64,000 bases of DNA from Candidatus Kaiserbacteria bacterium (GCA_017134395.1 CP070993.1:87231-151230), one strand, 5' to 3'. Shown: positions 1 through 9,077, counted from the stretch's first letter. The notes: generated by a model not told the origin, from the letters alone. Numbers and translations are program-made.

Positions 1-699
1 GCGGAAGAGTCGGTGCAACTTAGCGCTATATTTACATCAGGACTTTCTGATAAAGACAAATCTACTAAAGACGCTATAGCAAAAGAATTGGCCGGATCTA
101 ATATCTGGAAGGAGATTTCAGATGGTAAGTACACATTTGTTCCTAACCATAATATCCAAACACCTCTACTTAAGACTTACAATGAATTATGGCAAAAACT
201 ACTGGATACTTCGGAAGTAAATTCTTCAAATTCATTGCGTGAAGAAATAAAAGCAATGCTTCAAGAGAGGAAGAGAGACTCAATACCTACTGAACTCATA
301 GGTACAGGAATGTCTAAAGATGTTGCGCTTCAAAACATCAACGAAGGCATGAAGGCGTATTTGGGACACAGGGAGATGGAGAGGACTCTAACAAATGTAA
401 ATCTTGATACAGCATCAAGTGCGCAATTAAAAGAAATAAAAGGTGCTCTCGAACAAAGACGCAGCGCAGTAAGGCTTACAAAGGAAGATGATGTACGAAA
501 AGAAGAGCTAGAGAAGTTTATTAATAGACTTTATTCTAACCCTGAATATTTGAATCAATTAAACGTTACCTTTGACTTCATCACTCAGAAATTTAGCACT
601 CGTCTTAATCGTGGATTCAATCTACGAAATCGCTATGGAAGGGCTATGAACCATGATCAATTCGAAATCTTTTTGCAGGAATTTGAACAATCACAATAA
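1..699 (+). CDS. Hypothetical helical protein, 5'-truncated by window edge
   Basis: Frame is open from base 1 to TAA at 697-699; no recognisable motif. Confidence 0.7.
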   Translation, partial: AEESVQLSAIFTSGLSDKDKSTKDAIAKELAGSNIWKEISDGKYTFVPNHNIQTPLLKTYNELWQKLLDTSEVNSSNSLREEIKAMLQERKRDSIPTELIGTGMSKDVALQNINEGMKAYLGHREMERTLTNVNLDTASSAQLKEIKGALEQRRSAVRLTKEDDVRKEELEKFINRLYSNPEYLNQLNVTFDFITQKFSTRLNRGFNLRNRYGRAMNHDQFEIFLQEFEQSQ

Positions 700-711
700 G
701 TTTCTCTTTGC

Positions 712-740
712 TTGACATCAAAACTTTACAGGAGTAGGAT
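712..740 (+). promoter_or_regulatory. Sigma70-type promoter of orphan membrane gene
   Basis: TTGACA-17 nt-TAGGAT; SD AAGGAG at 780-785. Confidence 0.7.
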
Positions 741-791
741 TTTTTTAGAACCATTATTTTCGTTACCTGGAATCTCTGGAAGGAGAATACT

Positions 792-1151
792 ATGTCTATA
801 GTAAGGAGAATCTTTGGATTAGCGCTATGGATCATCTGCTTAGGTGTTTTCATGACTCCCAAGGGGCTTTTCGGACTTGATCAAAATGGACTCGTCATTT
901 TTCTGGTTGCTTCTGCAATTGGCTGGATGACTGTTGTCATCTACTTTGTACAGGGTGTACATCGTAGAAGGTTTCCACGTAGAATATTCCTTAGTTCTAT
1001 CGTGGCAGCAGTTGCCATCTTGGTTGAGTATTTGCTGGGTGACGCTTATGCTCAATCTTTTGAAGCTTACGAGTCGATCATTATGACTATTTTCCTGTTT
1101 GCACCTATTGCAGCAGGTGCAAGACTGGTTCTCTTTGAGAGCGGAGAATAA
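792..1151 (+). CDS. Orphan 4-TM membrane protein (SD-led cassette)
   Basis: 119 aa with four hydrophobic segments; own promoter, SD and terminator. Confidence 0.75.
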   Translation: MSIVRRIFGLALWIICLGVFMTPKGLFGLDQNGLVIFLVASAIGWMTVVIYFVQGVHRRRFPRRIFLSSIVAAVAILVEYLLGDAYAQSFEAYESIIMTIFLFAPIAAGARLVLFESGE

Positions 1152-1164
1152 TACAAACAAAAGT

Positions 1165-1192
1165 AGCCGCGCCCCTTCGGGACGCGGCTTTT
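1165..1192 (+). terminator. Intrinsic terminator
   Basis: AGCCGCG...CGCGGCT stem with TTCG loop, followed by T run. Confidence 0.8.
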
Positions 1193-1207
1193 ATATATAC
1201 TAGACCA

Positions 1208-1236
1208 TTGAAAACAAGCCATATATGAGGTATAGT
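1208..1236 (+). promoter_or_regulatory. typA-region promoter
   Basis: TTGAAA-17 nt-TATAGT. Confidence 0.7.
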
Positions 1237-1289
1237 ATTCGCACTAATCCGCAGAAGCGGTATTTTTATTTGCCAGACACGTCACATTT

Positions 1290-1412
1290 ATGGAAATACG
1301 AAACATTGCAATAATTGCACCACAAGAGTACTTCGATTTTAATAGTCGTCGCGACTCCTTTAAAATCTGGTCGCCCACGTTGACCACATTCGGATTACAT
1401 ACAATTAAATAA
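1290..1412 (+). pseudogene. Recoded duplicate of the typA 5' end interrupted by a 56-nt insert (reads as a 40-aa uORF)
   Basis: Encodes [10 protein letters not shown]..., then after the insert GCC CAC GTT GAC CAC (AHVDH) in another frame; the peptide matches typA residues 1-14. Confidence 0.85.
1318..1373 (-). mobile_element. 56-nt hairpin mini-element, copy 1
   Basis: CACCACAAGAGTACTTC + GATTTTAA...TTAAAATC hairpin + TGGTCG; removal restores ATT GCC CAC. Confidence 0.75.
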
Positions 1413-1420
1413 CTTTTTAT

Positions 1421-3202
1421 ATGGAAATTAGAAATATAGCGATAATAGCCCATGTTGACCATGGTAAGACAACACTTACTGACGCTATTCTTGCGCAAAC
1501 AGGAACCGTTAAGGAGGGTGTTTCAATGGACTCCAATGACCTTGAAAAGGAACGCGGAATTACTATTTACGCAAAGAACACCAGTGTGTACTATAAGGAC
1601 ACAAAAATTAATATTCTTGATACTCCAGGTCACGCCGATTTTGGTTCAGAAGTTGAGCGTGTACTACGTTCAATTGACTCTGTATTGCTTGTTGTGGACG
1701 CGGCAGAAGGGCCAATGCCTCAAACTAAATTCGTATTGAAGAAATCGCTCGAGCTTGGGCTTAAACCGATTCTTATTCTCAATAAAATTGACAAGCCAGC
1801 TGCTGATGTAGATAAGGCAGAAGAATTGGTATACGAACTCTTCCTAGATCTTGGCGCTACAGACGAACAGCTCGACTTTACAACCCTTTACGCAATTGGG
1901 CGTGATGGTGTTGCAAAGCGAAACATGGATGACAATGCAACAGATCTTAACCCGGTGCTCGACGTCATTCTTGAAAAGGTTCCTGCGGCCTCAGGTGATA
2001 ATCTGAAGGATAAGCCGCTTTCGGCACAAGTGTTTAACCTTGCTTACGACAACTTCCTGGGGCGTATGGGTATTGCTCGTATTTACGACGGTACTGTAAA
2101 AGATAAGCAAGAATTATTTATAAAAGATGCAGAAGGAAAGCAATTTAAAGGAAAGATTGTAAAACTATTCACATTTGAGGGAATTGAAAAGAAAGAGGTA
2201 AGTGAAGCAAGTGCAGGAGACATTGTTATGATTGCCGGAATCCCTGAGATTTTCATTGGACAAACACTTTTAAACGAAGAGGGGGGAACTGCGCTTCCTG
2301 CGATTACTGTTGATGAACCAACAATATCTTTGTTTATGTTTGTGAACGACTCACCATTTGCCGGACGTTCGGGTAAGTATGTAACTGGGCGTCAAATTCG
2401 AGAGCGATTAGAGAAGGAGCTTGAAATCAACGTTGGTCTTCGTGTTGAATTCAATGAAGGAGGACGAATGAAAGTATATGGACGTGGAGAACTTCACCTT
2501 GCCGTTCTTATCGAAAACATGCGCCGAGAAGGGTACGAACTCGCTGTATCACAACCAGAAGTGATCTTTAAAGAAGTTGAAGGAAAGAAACACGAACCGT
2601 ATGAAGACGTAAGTATTTTGGTACCAGAACAATTCTCTGGTGCGGTTATTGAGAAGCTTGGAAAACGTCGTGGGGTAATGACAGGTATGGTACCAGAACA
2701 CGGTGAAGTGCGACTTACTTTTGAGGTTCCAACACGAGGTTTGCTTGGATATCGAAATGAATTAGTTATTGATACAAAAGGAGAAGGAATTATGACTTCA
2801 ATTTTTAGTCATTTTGGACCACATGCTGGGGAAATCCAAAAGACAGAGCTTGGCTCTATGGTTTCAATGGCAGCTGGAAAAGCACTCGGCTTCTCTCTAG
2901 CTAACCTGCAAGAGCGTGGAGTTCTCTACATTGGAGCTACGACCGAGGTATATGAAGGAATGGTTGTAGGAAATACCTCAAAAGGTGAAGACATGATGGT
3001 AAACCCTACCAAAGGAAAGCAGCTTACAAACATGCGTGCCTCTGGATCAGATGAAAACATTAAGATTACACCACCACTTGATTTAACACTCGAGAAGGCA
3101 ATGGGCTTTATGCGCACTGATGAATATCTTGAAGTTACACCAGATGCTATTCGTCTACGAAAGCAGTATCTTACAGAAACGGAACGTAAGAAGAAAAAAT
3201 AA
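1421..3202 (+). CDS. typA: Translational GTPase TypA/BipA
   Basis: [46 protein letters not shown] motifs. Confidence 0.97.
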   Translation: MEIRNIAIIAHVDHGKTTLTDAILAQTGTVKEGVSMDSNDLEKERGITIYAKNTSVYYKDTKINILDTPGHADFGSEVERVLRSIDSVLLVVDAAEGPMPQTKFVLKKSLELGLKPILILNKIDKPAADVDKAEELVYELFLDLGATDEQLDFTTLYAIGRDGVAKRNMDDNATDLNPVLDVILEKVPAASGDNLKDKPLSAQVFNLAYDNFLGRMGIARIYDGTVKDKQELFIKDAEGKQFKGKIVKLFTFEGIEKKEVSEASAGDIVMIAGIPEIFIGQTLLNEEGGTALPAITVDEPTISLFMFVNDSPFAGRSGKYVTGRQIRERLEKELEINVGLRVEFNEGGRMKVYGRGELHLAVLIENMRREGYELAVSQPEVIFKEVEGKKHEPYEDVSILVPEQFSGAVIEKLGKRRGVMTGMVPEHGEVRLTFEVPTRGLLGYRNELVIDTKGEGIMTSIFSHFGPHAGEIQKTELGSMVSMAAGKALGFSLANLQERGVLYIGATTEVYEGMVVGNTSKGEDMMVNPTKGKQLTNMRASGSDENIKITPPLDLTLEKAMGFMRTDEYLEVTPDAIRLRKQYLTETERKKKK

Positions 3203-3206
3203 AAAG

Positions 3207-3240
3207 AAAACAGGCAACGATTTCACATCGCTGCCTGTTC
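3207..3240. terminator. Terminator between convergent genes
   Basis: AACAGGCA...TGCCTGTT inverted repeat with flanking A tract. Confidence 0.7.
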
Positions 3241-3270
3241 TGTTGATTGTAGAAGATGTGCAACGCTTCC

Positions 3271-3561
3271 TTAGCGACAGCCGTCGTGATAGCAACGCCC
3301 AGAAGGCGGAGTATTGATACGACAGAGGTGCATCGCCTGATTCGCGGCAAACGTTGGGTCCCAGTGATTCCAGTACCACACGCCACCGTAGCTGTTTCGC
3401 ACATAGCACACAGCAGCGACTTCGATTTCTTCTTGTTGAGAAGGAATCGGAGTCATTGCCGGTTCTTCAACGATTTCTTCCTGCAGGCTTGCGCCGGCAG
3501 TGGAAACGGAGAGTGTCAGTGCCAATGCACTGGCAAACCCGAGAATTGCTCGTGATCGCAT
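3271..3561 (-). CDS. Small secreted 4-Cys protein (SD-led cassette)
   Basis: Signal peptide ending AGA; four Cys in the C-terminal domain; TTGACT-17-TAGTAT promoter (3591-3619) and AGGAGG SD. Confidence 0.8.
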   Translation of the reverse strand: MRSRAILGFASALALTLSVSTAGASLQEEIVEEPAMTPIPSQQEEIEVAAVCYVRNSYGGVWYWNHWDPTFAANQAMHLCRINTPPSGRCYHDGCR

Positions 3562-3635
3562 AACGGATCCTCCTTTTGTTGAGCCTTTTGATACTACTGT
3601 TTAAGGTATAGAGAGTCAAGAGAAATTAAATAGGT

Positions 3636-3673
3636 AACAAAAAACACCCCGCGTGAGCGGGGTGTTTTTTGTT
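3636..3673 (-). terminator. Terminator of cold-shock gene
   Basis: AACAAAAAACACCCCGC-GTGA-GCGGGGTGTTTTTTGTT perfect inverted repeat. Confidence 0.9.
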
Positions 3674-3680
3674 CTAAGGC

Positions 3681-3881
3681 TTACGCCTTGTTGACGTTGA
3701 CAGCGTTTGGTCCTTTTTGACCTTCTGCAACTTCAAAAGTTACTTCGTCGCCTTCACGTAGATCGTTGTACTCTGCATTCTGTAGCTCGTTTGCGTGAAA
3801 GAAAAGATCTTTTTCCTCACCCTCTTGAGCAATGAATCCAAAACCACGGTCTGTAAGACGGGCAATTGTTCCTTTTTGCAT
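3681..3881 (-). CDS. cspA: Cold-shock protein
   Basis: RGFGFI and LFFH RNP motifs; KGPNAVNV. Confidence 0.95.
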   Translation of the reverse strand: MQKGTIARLTDRGFGFIAQEGEEKDLFFHANELQNAEYNDLREGDEVTFEVAEGQKGPNAVNVNKA

Positions 3882-4029
3882 CTGTAAAGAAGCTATTTTT
3901 GTAAAACACCAAATTTAAACTCTGTACGACAAGTGTTCGACTAACTAGACTCTCCTACAGCTACCATTTGATTGCAAGAACCATAACACATGCGAATACA
4001 ATTGTCGACACAGTTTAGATATTTTCAGT

Positions 4030-4929
4030 TTAGTGAATATGATCTCCATGTTCTTCGCTCTCGTGATCTTCATTATGTTCACTTTCATCCCCGTGGTCTT
4101 CATGATCATCAGTAAAAGAGTGACTCTCTTCCGTATGTACTTCTTCGCCGTGACTATGAGCTTCTTCTCCTAACAGGAACTGACTTCCTTGAAATACACC
4201 AAACATAAGTGCCATGCCCAATAGAGCCGTAATTATGTGCTTTGGAGCGCATTTCTTTTCACGGGCATGGCGGAATGAGTGGGGGATGAGGTCTTGCATA
4301 AGCAATGCTAACAATGCACCTGTGGCAAACCCTAGAACAGGTATCTCAAGGAACGAGAACTGTTCAAATAGGAAATATCCACCAATTGCACCAACAAGAA
4401 TTGTTGATGACGTCACGAAGTTAATTATAAGAGCGTGACGTGTGCTATATCCTGCATGGCGTAAAATAAAGAACTCAGATATTTCTTGTACAAGCTCGTG
4501 AATAAAGATACTTAGCGCAACTACGAATCCAAGTAATGGGCTTGTAGTAAATGCTACCGCAAGCAATACGCCATCACCAGTATTGTGAAGAGTGTCTCCA
4601 ACGAGCATTTTTCTCGCATCAATGCGCTTAGGAAAATTTTCTTCATCTGCGTGGTAGTGATAGTGACCCTCTGGAATCAACTTTGTTATAAGCCAAACAA
4701 GAATCAATCCAGAAATAATCCAAACCAATCCTATTATCGGTGTTGTAGCTTCACTGACAACCTCTTGTGAAAGGAACAGCACCAGTATAAGAAACACACC
4801 AGCAGCAAAGCTCACAAGATAGTCTAAGTTCTTTTCAATAAATGCACCTGCTACTTTCCACACCGACACTTTCCCAACAAGCGACGCTGTCATAATGAGC
4901 AAACAGGCACCTACTAATTCAATAATCAT
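4030..4929 (-). CDS. ZIP-family zinc/metal transporter with His-rich tail
   Basis: DTLHNTGDG and HELVQE motifs; multiple TM segments. Confidence 0.9.
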   Translation of the reverse strand: MIIELVGACLLIMTASLVGKVSVWKVAGAFIEKNLDYLVSFAAGVFLILVLFLSQEVVSEATTPIIGLVWIISGLILVWLITKLIPEGHYHYHADEENFPKRIDARKMLVGDTLHNTGDGVLLAVAFTTSPLLGFVVALSIFIHELVQEISEFFILRHAGYSTRHALIINFVTSSTILVGAIGGYFLFEQFSFLEIPVLGFATGALLALLMQDLIPHSFRHAREKKCAPKHIITALLGMALMFGVFQGSQFLLGEEAHSHGEEVHTEESHSFTDDHEDHGDESEHNEDHESEEHGDHIH

Positions 4930-4980
4930 ATATTTTAATTTTTATTATCTTCGTATCAGAATATTTTGACACAGAAGTTA

Positions 4981-4999
4981 AATGCAAATAATTAGCATT
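4981..4999. promoter_or_regulatory. Fur/Zur-type operator
   Basis: Imperfect 9-1-9 inverted repeat AATGCAAAT-A-ATTAGCATT between divergent ZIP and Fur-family genes. Confidence 0.65.
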
Positions 5000-5016
5000 A
5001 TGATATACTGGTCGAT

Positions 5017-5442
5017 ATGAATATGCAAGTAGGGGGTAATAAAATAATGGTTGAGCGGATTCTTCAAGGAAGCGGTCTCAAGAAAACTAAAGGGCGAGTA
5101 CAGGTTCTTGGGATACTCATTAATGCACGCAACCCAATGTCTATCGAAGAAATTGAATGTTTGGTAGGTACTGATATCCATTTTGTTACCTTATATAGAA
5201 TGCTTAGACAATTTTCTAAAAGTGGCATTGTGTATCAAACCGATTTGCGGAAAGGTAAAGTACACTACGAACTTCAAAAAAAGCACCATCATCACATAGT
5301 GTGTACTAGTTGTGGTATTCAAGAAGATGTTCCGATGTGTATGGATGACGTCCAAGCTTCCATTGCCCGACAGTCAAAGAGGTTTAATGTAATTGATAAC
5401 CACGTGCTTGAGTTCTTTGGGATTTGTAAAAAATGTAGTTAA
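5017..5442 (+). CDS. Fur-family regulator (Zur-like)
   Basis: TLYRML, HHHHIVCTSCG and C-terminal CxxC. Confidence 0.93.
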   Translation: MNMQVGGNKIMVERILQGSGLKKTKGRVQVLGILINARNPMSIEEIECLVGTDIHFVTLYRMLRQFSKSGIVYQTDLRKGKVHYELQKKHHHHIVCTSCGIQEDVPMCMDDVQASIARQSKRFNVIDNHVLEFFGICKKCS

Positions 5443-5451
5443 ACTATTACA

Positions 5452-6594
5452 ATGATTATTAATAAAGTATACATACAGACTACTCTTTTTGTTATTTTAC
5501 TTTGTATTGTATTTCAAGCTCAAATTACATCTGCACAAGTATTACAAGAAGATGTTCAAGGAGTGTGGCGAGCAACTGTTACTGAAGTACTGAAAGAGGA
5601 ATCCGTTGTAGTTCCAGGTACTGATGTAAAGAGTACAGTCCAAACTATATCTGTTGAATTAATTGAAGGGGAGAGATCTGGCGAAGTTATAACATTCGAG
5701 AATGATTACATTCAACTTGATGAAGGTGATACTTTCTATTTGAATTATCTAATTACTATTAATGAGACCGAATTTTATTCTGTTAGAGAAGTAGACAGAA
5801 GAATACAAATAGGATTTATCGTAGCGCTTTTTATTGCGGTTATTGTTCTATTTGGCGGCATGCAGGGATTCCGTTCGCTTCTGTCACTTGCTGGTAGCCT
5901 TCTTGTTATTTTGTTTATACTTGTACCGACTTTGGTGAAAGGTTACTCGCCAATACCAATAAGTGTCTTCGTTGCTTCTTTGGTACTATTCTTTGCTGTC
6001 TTCTTTACACACGGATTCAACAAACGTTCTGCAGTCGCTTTTGTAGGAACCGTTATTGCTGTTGCTATTACTGGGATTCTTGCTTACTTTTCTGTAGAAA
6101 TAACTAGCCTTACAGGATTTTCTTCTGATGAAAGTACGTATCTCAACTTAAATACAGGAGGGCAGCTCGATTTTGTAGGTTTATTACTTGCTGGAATTAT
6201 TATAGGTGCGTTAGGTGTTCTTGATGATATTGCAATAACACAGGTTGCGGTTGTTCGTGAATTGTTTTCTTCAGGCAGTAAACTTACTAAATGGGATGTT
6301 TATAGAAAAGCTCTCCGGGTTGGGAGGGAGCATGTTGGTGCATTGGTGAACACTCTCGTACTTGCTTACACTGGTGCAGCATTGCCACTTTTGCTCCTCT
6401 TCTCTTTTTCAGAAAGTAGTATGTTAAATATTATAAACACTGAGGTATTTGCAACAGAAATACTACGGGCACTAGTAGGTAGTATTGGGCTTGTGAGTGC
6501 CGTGCCTATTACTACGTTCCTTGCAGTTCATTTTCTTTCGTCTTTAGGTAAAGGTGTTTTAGAGGCTCAAGAATCCACACACTCGCATATATAA
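5452..6594 (+). CDS. YibE/F family membrane protein
   Basis: GALGVLDDIAITQ and VNTLVLAYTG motifs. Confidence 0.9.
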   Translation: MIINKVYIQTTLFVILLCIVFQAQITSAQVLQEDVQGVWRATVTEVLKEESVVVPGTDVKSTVQTISVELIEGERSGEVITFENDYIQLDEGDTFYLNYLITINETEFYSVREVDRRIQIGFIVALFIAVIVLFGGMQGFRSLLSLAGSLLVILFILVPTLVKGYSPIPISVFVASLVLFFAVFFTHGFNKRSAVAFVGTVIAVAITGILAYFSVEITSLTGFSSDESTYLNLNTGGQLDFVGLLLAGIIIGALGVLDDIAITQVAVVRELFSSGSKLTKWDVYRKALRVGREHVGALVNTLVLAYTGAALPLLLLFSFSESSMLNIINTEVFATEILRALVGSIGLVSAVPITTFLAVHFLSSLGKGVLEAQESTHSHI

Positions 6595-6596
6595 AT

Positions 6597-6630
6597 ATAA
6601 AAGCCCCAGAGCTAACTCTGGGGCTTTTAT
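6597..6630. terminator. Bidirectional terminator
   Basis: ATAAAAGCCCCAGAG-CTAA-CTCTGGGGCTTTTAT. Confidence 0.9.
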
Positions 6631-6648
6631 GTACTCAAATAAAGAATG

Positions 6649-6780
6649 CTATTTGCTTTTGGTGCGGTTTCCTTTACTTGCTTTCTTCTCTAGCATCAAA
6701 CGTTTGATTTCAAGACGTTTTGCTGTCTTGCGTGAATGTGACTTCTTTCCTTTTTCTACTCCAGTGCTTCGTTTTGCCAT
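6649..6780 (-). CDS. 43-aa very basic small protein (below the ORF-track cutoff)
   Basis: MAKRSTGVEKGKKSHSRKTAKRLEIKRLMLEKKASKGNRTKSK*; upstream TTGAAT-16-TATGAT; terminator downstream. Confidence 0.7.
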   Translation of the reverse strand: MAKRSTGVEKGKKSHSRKTAKRLEIKRLMLEKKASKGNRTKSK

Positions 6781-6877
6781 ACTAATTTGATTGGTTAATT
6801 CCCATGCATCATAGCTGATTTTCTAACTAATTCAATGGTTATACTGGAAATCAGGATGCTTCTAGAAAAAATGATAC

Positions 6878-7066
6878 TTAGTCTGAAGCTTCGAAACGGG
6901 CTTTGTTTTCAGTCATCCATCTCTTCATATCATCTTCTGTTTTACTTGGGTCACTCATAACTTCAGCATGAGCTTCTCCATAGTGAGGCTTTAGAGCATT
7001 CATCCACTCTTCGAACGTTTCGCCATCTGCTGTTACTTCACAAAGATCGCATTTAAGGGTTTTCAT
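6878..7066 (-). CDS. DUF1059-like small metal-binding protein
   Basis: MKTLKCDLC...H-x4-H pattern. Confidence 0.7.
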   Translation of the reverse strand: MKTLKCDLCEVTADGETFEEWMNALKPHYGEAHAEVMSDPSKTEDDMKRWMTENKARFEASD

Positions 7067-7119
7067 ACATTTTATAACTTAGATTACTATATAAAGAATA
7101 ATAACATGAGTAGAATGAC

Positions 7120-7800
7120 CTATTTTGTACCGTTGGTCTCTTTAATTATCTTTCCATCAGACATTTCAATAACGCGATGTGCATGTTGTGCATATTCAAG
7201 CTCATGCGTCACCATGACGATAGTTTGCCCTGCTTGGTTAAGTTCTTCCAGATACTCAAGTAGCTGCTTAGACGTGACACTGTCGAGGTTGGCGGTTGGC
7301 TCATCAGCGAAGAGAATCAAGGGTGTGTGAGCGATGGCACGTGCAACAGAGACACGCTGTTGCTCACCTCCTGAAAGTTGGCTTGGACGCCATGATGTTC
7401 GATGGCTCATTTCAAGTCGGGTCAGTACTTCAACTGCACGCTTCTGCGCGTCCTCGATTGTGTAGCCCTGCATCATTAATGGAAGGAGTACATTTTCTTC
7501 TGCAGTAAGCTCAGGAAGAAGCGCGTAGTCTTGAAACACATACCCGAGGTAATTAAGCCTAAAGTTGGTACGTTCTTTTGCTGTCAACTCAGCTATGTTT
7601 GTGTTGTCGATATATATCTCACCTGCTGTAGGTGTATCAAGAAGGGAGAGCTGGTATAGAAGTGTACTTTTTCCGGCGCCGGATTTACCGACTATGGCAA
7701 CAAACTCGCCTTTTTTTATTTCTATATCGACGCCACGAAGTGCATGTGTTTCAACTGCACCCTTTGTATATACTCTTTTTACGTTTGTTCCTTTAATCAT
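7120..7800 (-). CDS. ABC ATPase (LolD/MacB type)
   Basis: GKSGAGKST, LSGGEQQRV, ADEPT, VTH. Confidence 0.95.
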   Translation of the reverse strand: MIKGTNVKRVYTKGAVETHALRGVDIEIKKGEFVAIVGKSGAGKSTLLYQLSLLDTPTAGEIYIDNTNIAELTAKERTNFRLNYLGYVFQDYALLPELTAEENVLLPLMMQGYTIEDAQKRAVEVLTRLEMSHRTSWRPSQLSGGEQQRVSVARAIAHTPLILFADEPTANLDSVTSKQLLEYLEELNQAGQTIVMVTHELEYAQHAHRVIEMSDGKIIKETNGTK

Positions 7801-7805
7801 ATATA

Positions 7806-9077
7806 TTATCTACCAAGAATAGCATCAAGGGTATTACGTTTTACAATAATGCGAGCAGGTATAAATCCAGCAATGATAGTCGTTACCAGTAAAACTACAG
7901 AACGAATAAATGTACCTTCTGTAGTGACACTCAGAATCCCGTCACTGAAAGGAAAGTCGATGGGGTTAGCGCTAAAATAGGGTAAAAGGATGAGGTATAA
8001 GATAAGCAGACCGAAGGTGATACCGATAAGCGCGTAGAAAATCGAGAGTAAAATGTACGAAAGCTCAATAGCGAACTCTGAGACACCAATTGCTTTAAGG
8101 ATGCCGATATACTTTCGCTTGGTAATAGCAGTGATGAAGATAATGATAAATATAGTAATAGAAGCAACTACAACAGAAATTCCTCCGATTATGTTTCCAA
8201 GTGCATTAAACGTATCGCGAATCTCATCGAGAAATTCCCCTATGGCTTCCTCGGTTGTTCGTATCAGAGAATTTGTTCCAACACCATACGCGAGAATGCG
8301 GGCTTGGACTGCCTCAGCATTTGCATTAGGCGCAATGCGTACGGCGAATTCGTCTGTTGTATCATTTTGGCGTCCGAGCATGGATTTAAGTTCGCTTTGA
8401 AGCATAAAAACACGTGTATCCATTGGACCTGCTTTTGTTTTTATAATTCCTCGCACAATAAACTCTCGTGATGCATCGCCAACAGTTAAGCGAACCTTAT
8501 CGCCCGGAAATATCCCCGATATTGTTTGTAAACCTGTTTCAGCAGGGAAGTAGCGATTTAAGAGCCGTGCTCCGAGCACAACGCCAGTGGTATCTCTCTC
8601 AGTAATAAAGGAACCTTCAACAAGTGCGTTCGGCAGGTCGGTCACGAGGCGTTCATCATCAATGTTAATACCTGTGACTGATACGCCGACACGATCGGGA
8701 AGAATGTTTGGTTGTGATACGGATTTTTGAAAGTTTGCCTCGAGTGTTCCTCCTTCAATAACTCTGGTTGAGTAAGCAGTCACCTGTGGTTGCGCATCCA
8801 GTATTGTACGTAGTGCATTTGCACGTTCGATATAGTCTTTCTCAGCTGATTTGGATATGAGAATATCACCAGCGTAGTATTTTTTATAACCAACCAAGGA
8901 GCCATCCATAAGACCAACCAAGATGCCGCTGACGACAACGAGATTGAGAAAGGTAAGTGTCATTATAAAAATAACAAGAATAGTCTGCCACTTAGTAGTT
9001 TGTGTTACGTAGCGTATTGCAAGAAAGAATGCAATACGAATCGCATTAAAGAATTCACTAGTTTCTTGTTTCTTCAT
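7806..9077 (-). CDS. FtsX/MacB-type ABC permease
   Basis: 1 TM + large extracellular domain + 3 TM; IGILKAIG motif. Confidence 0.9.
   Translation of the reverse strand: MKKQETSEFFNAIRIAFFLAIRYVTQTTKWQTILVIFIMTLTFLNLVVVSGILVGLMDGSLVGYKKYYAGDILISKSAEKDYIERANALRTILDAQPQVTAYSTRVIEGGTLEANFQKSVSQPNILPDRVGVSVTGINIDDERLVTDLPNALVEGSFITERDTTGVVLGARLLNRYFPAETGLQTISGIFPGDKVRLTVGDASREFIVRGIIKTKAGPMDTRVFMLQSELKSMLGRQNDTTDEFAVRIAPNANAEAVQARILAYGVGTNSLIRTTEEAIGEFLDEIRDTFNALGNIIGGISVVVASITIFIIIFITAITKRKYIGILKAIGVSEFAIELSYILLSIFYALIGITFGLLILYLILLPYFSANPIDFPFSDGILSVTTEGTFIRSVVLLVTTIIAGFIPARIIVKRNTLDAILGR

Noticed and set aside
1290-1462. DGR template/variable repeat pair at the typA start
   Set aside because: Differences include C/T changes, are all synonymous rather than adenine-specific, and no reverse transcriptase is present
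4030-4170. Tandem repeat in the ZIP 3' end
   Set aside because: Low-complexity His/Glu/Asp coding tail, common in metal transporters
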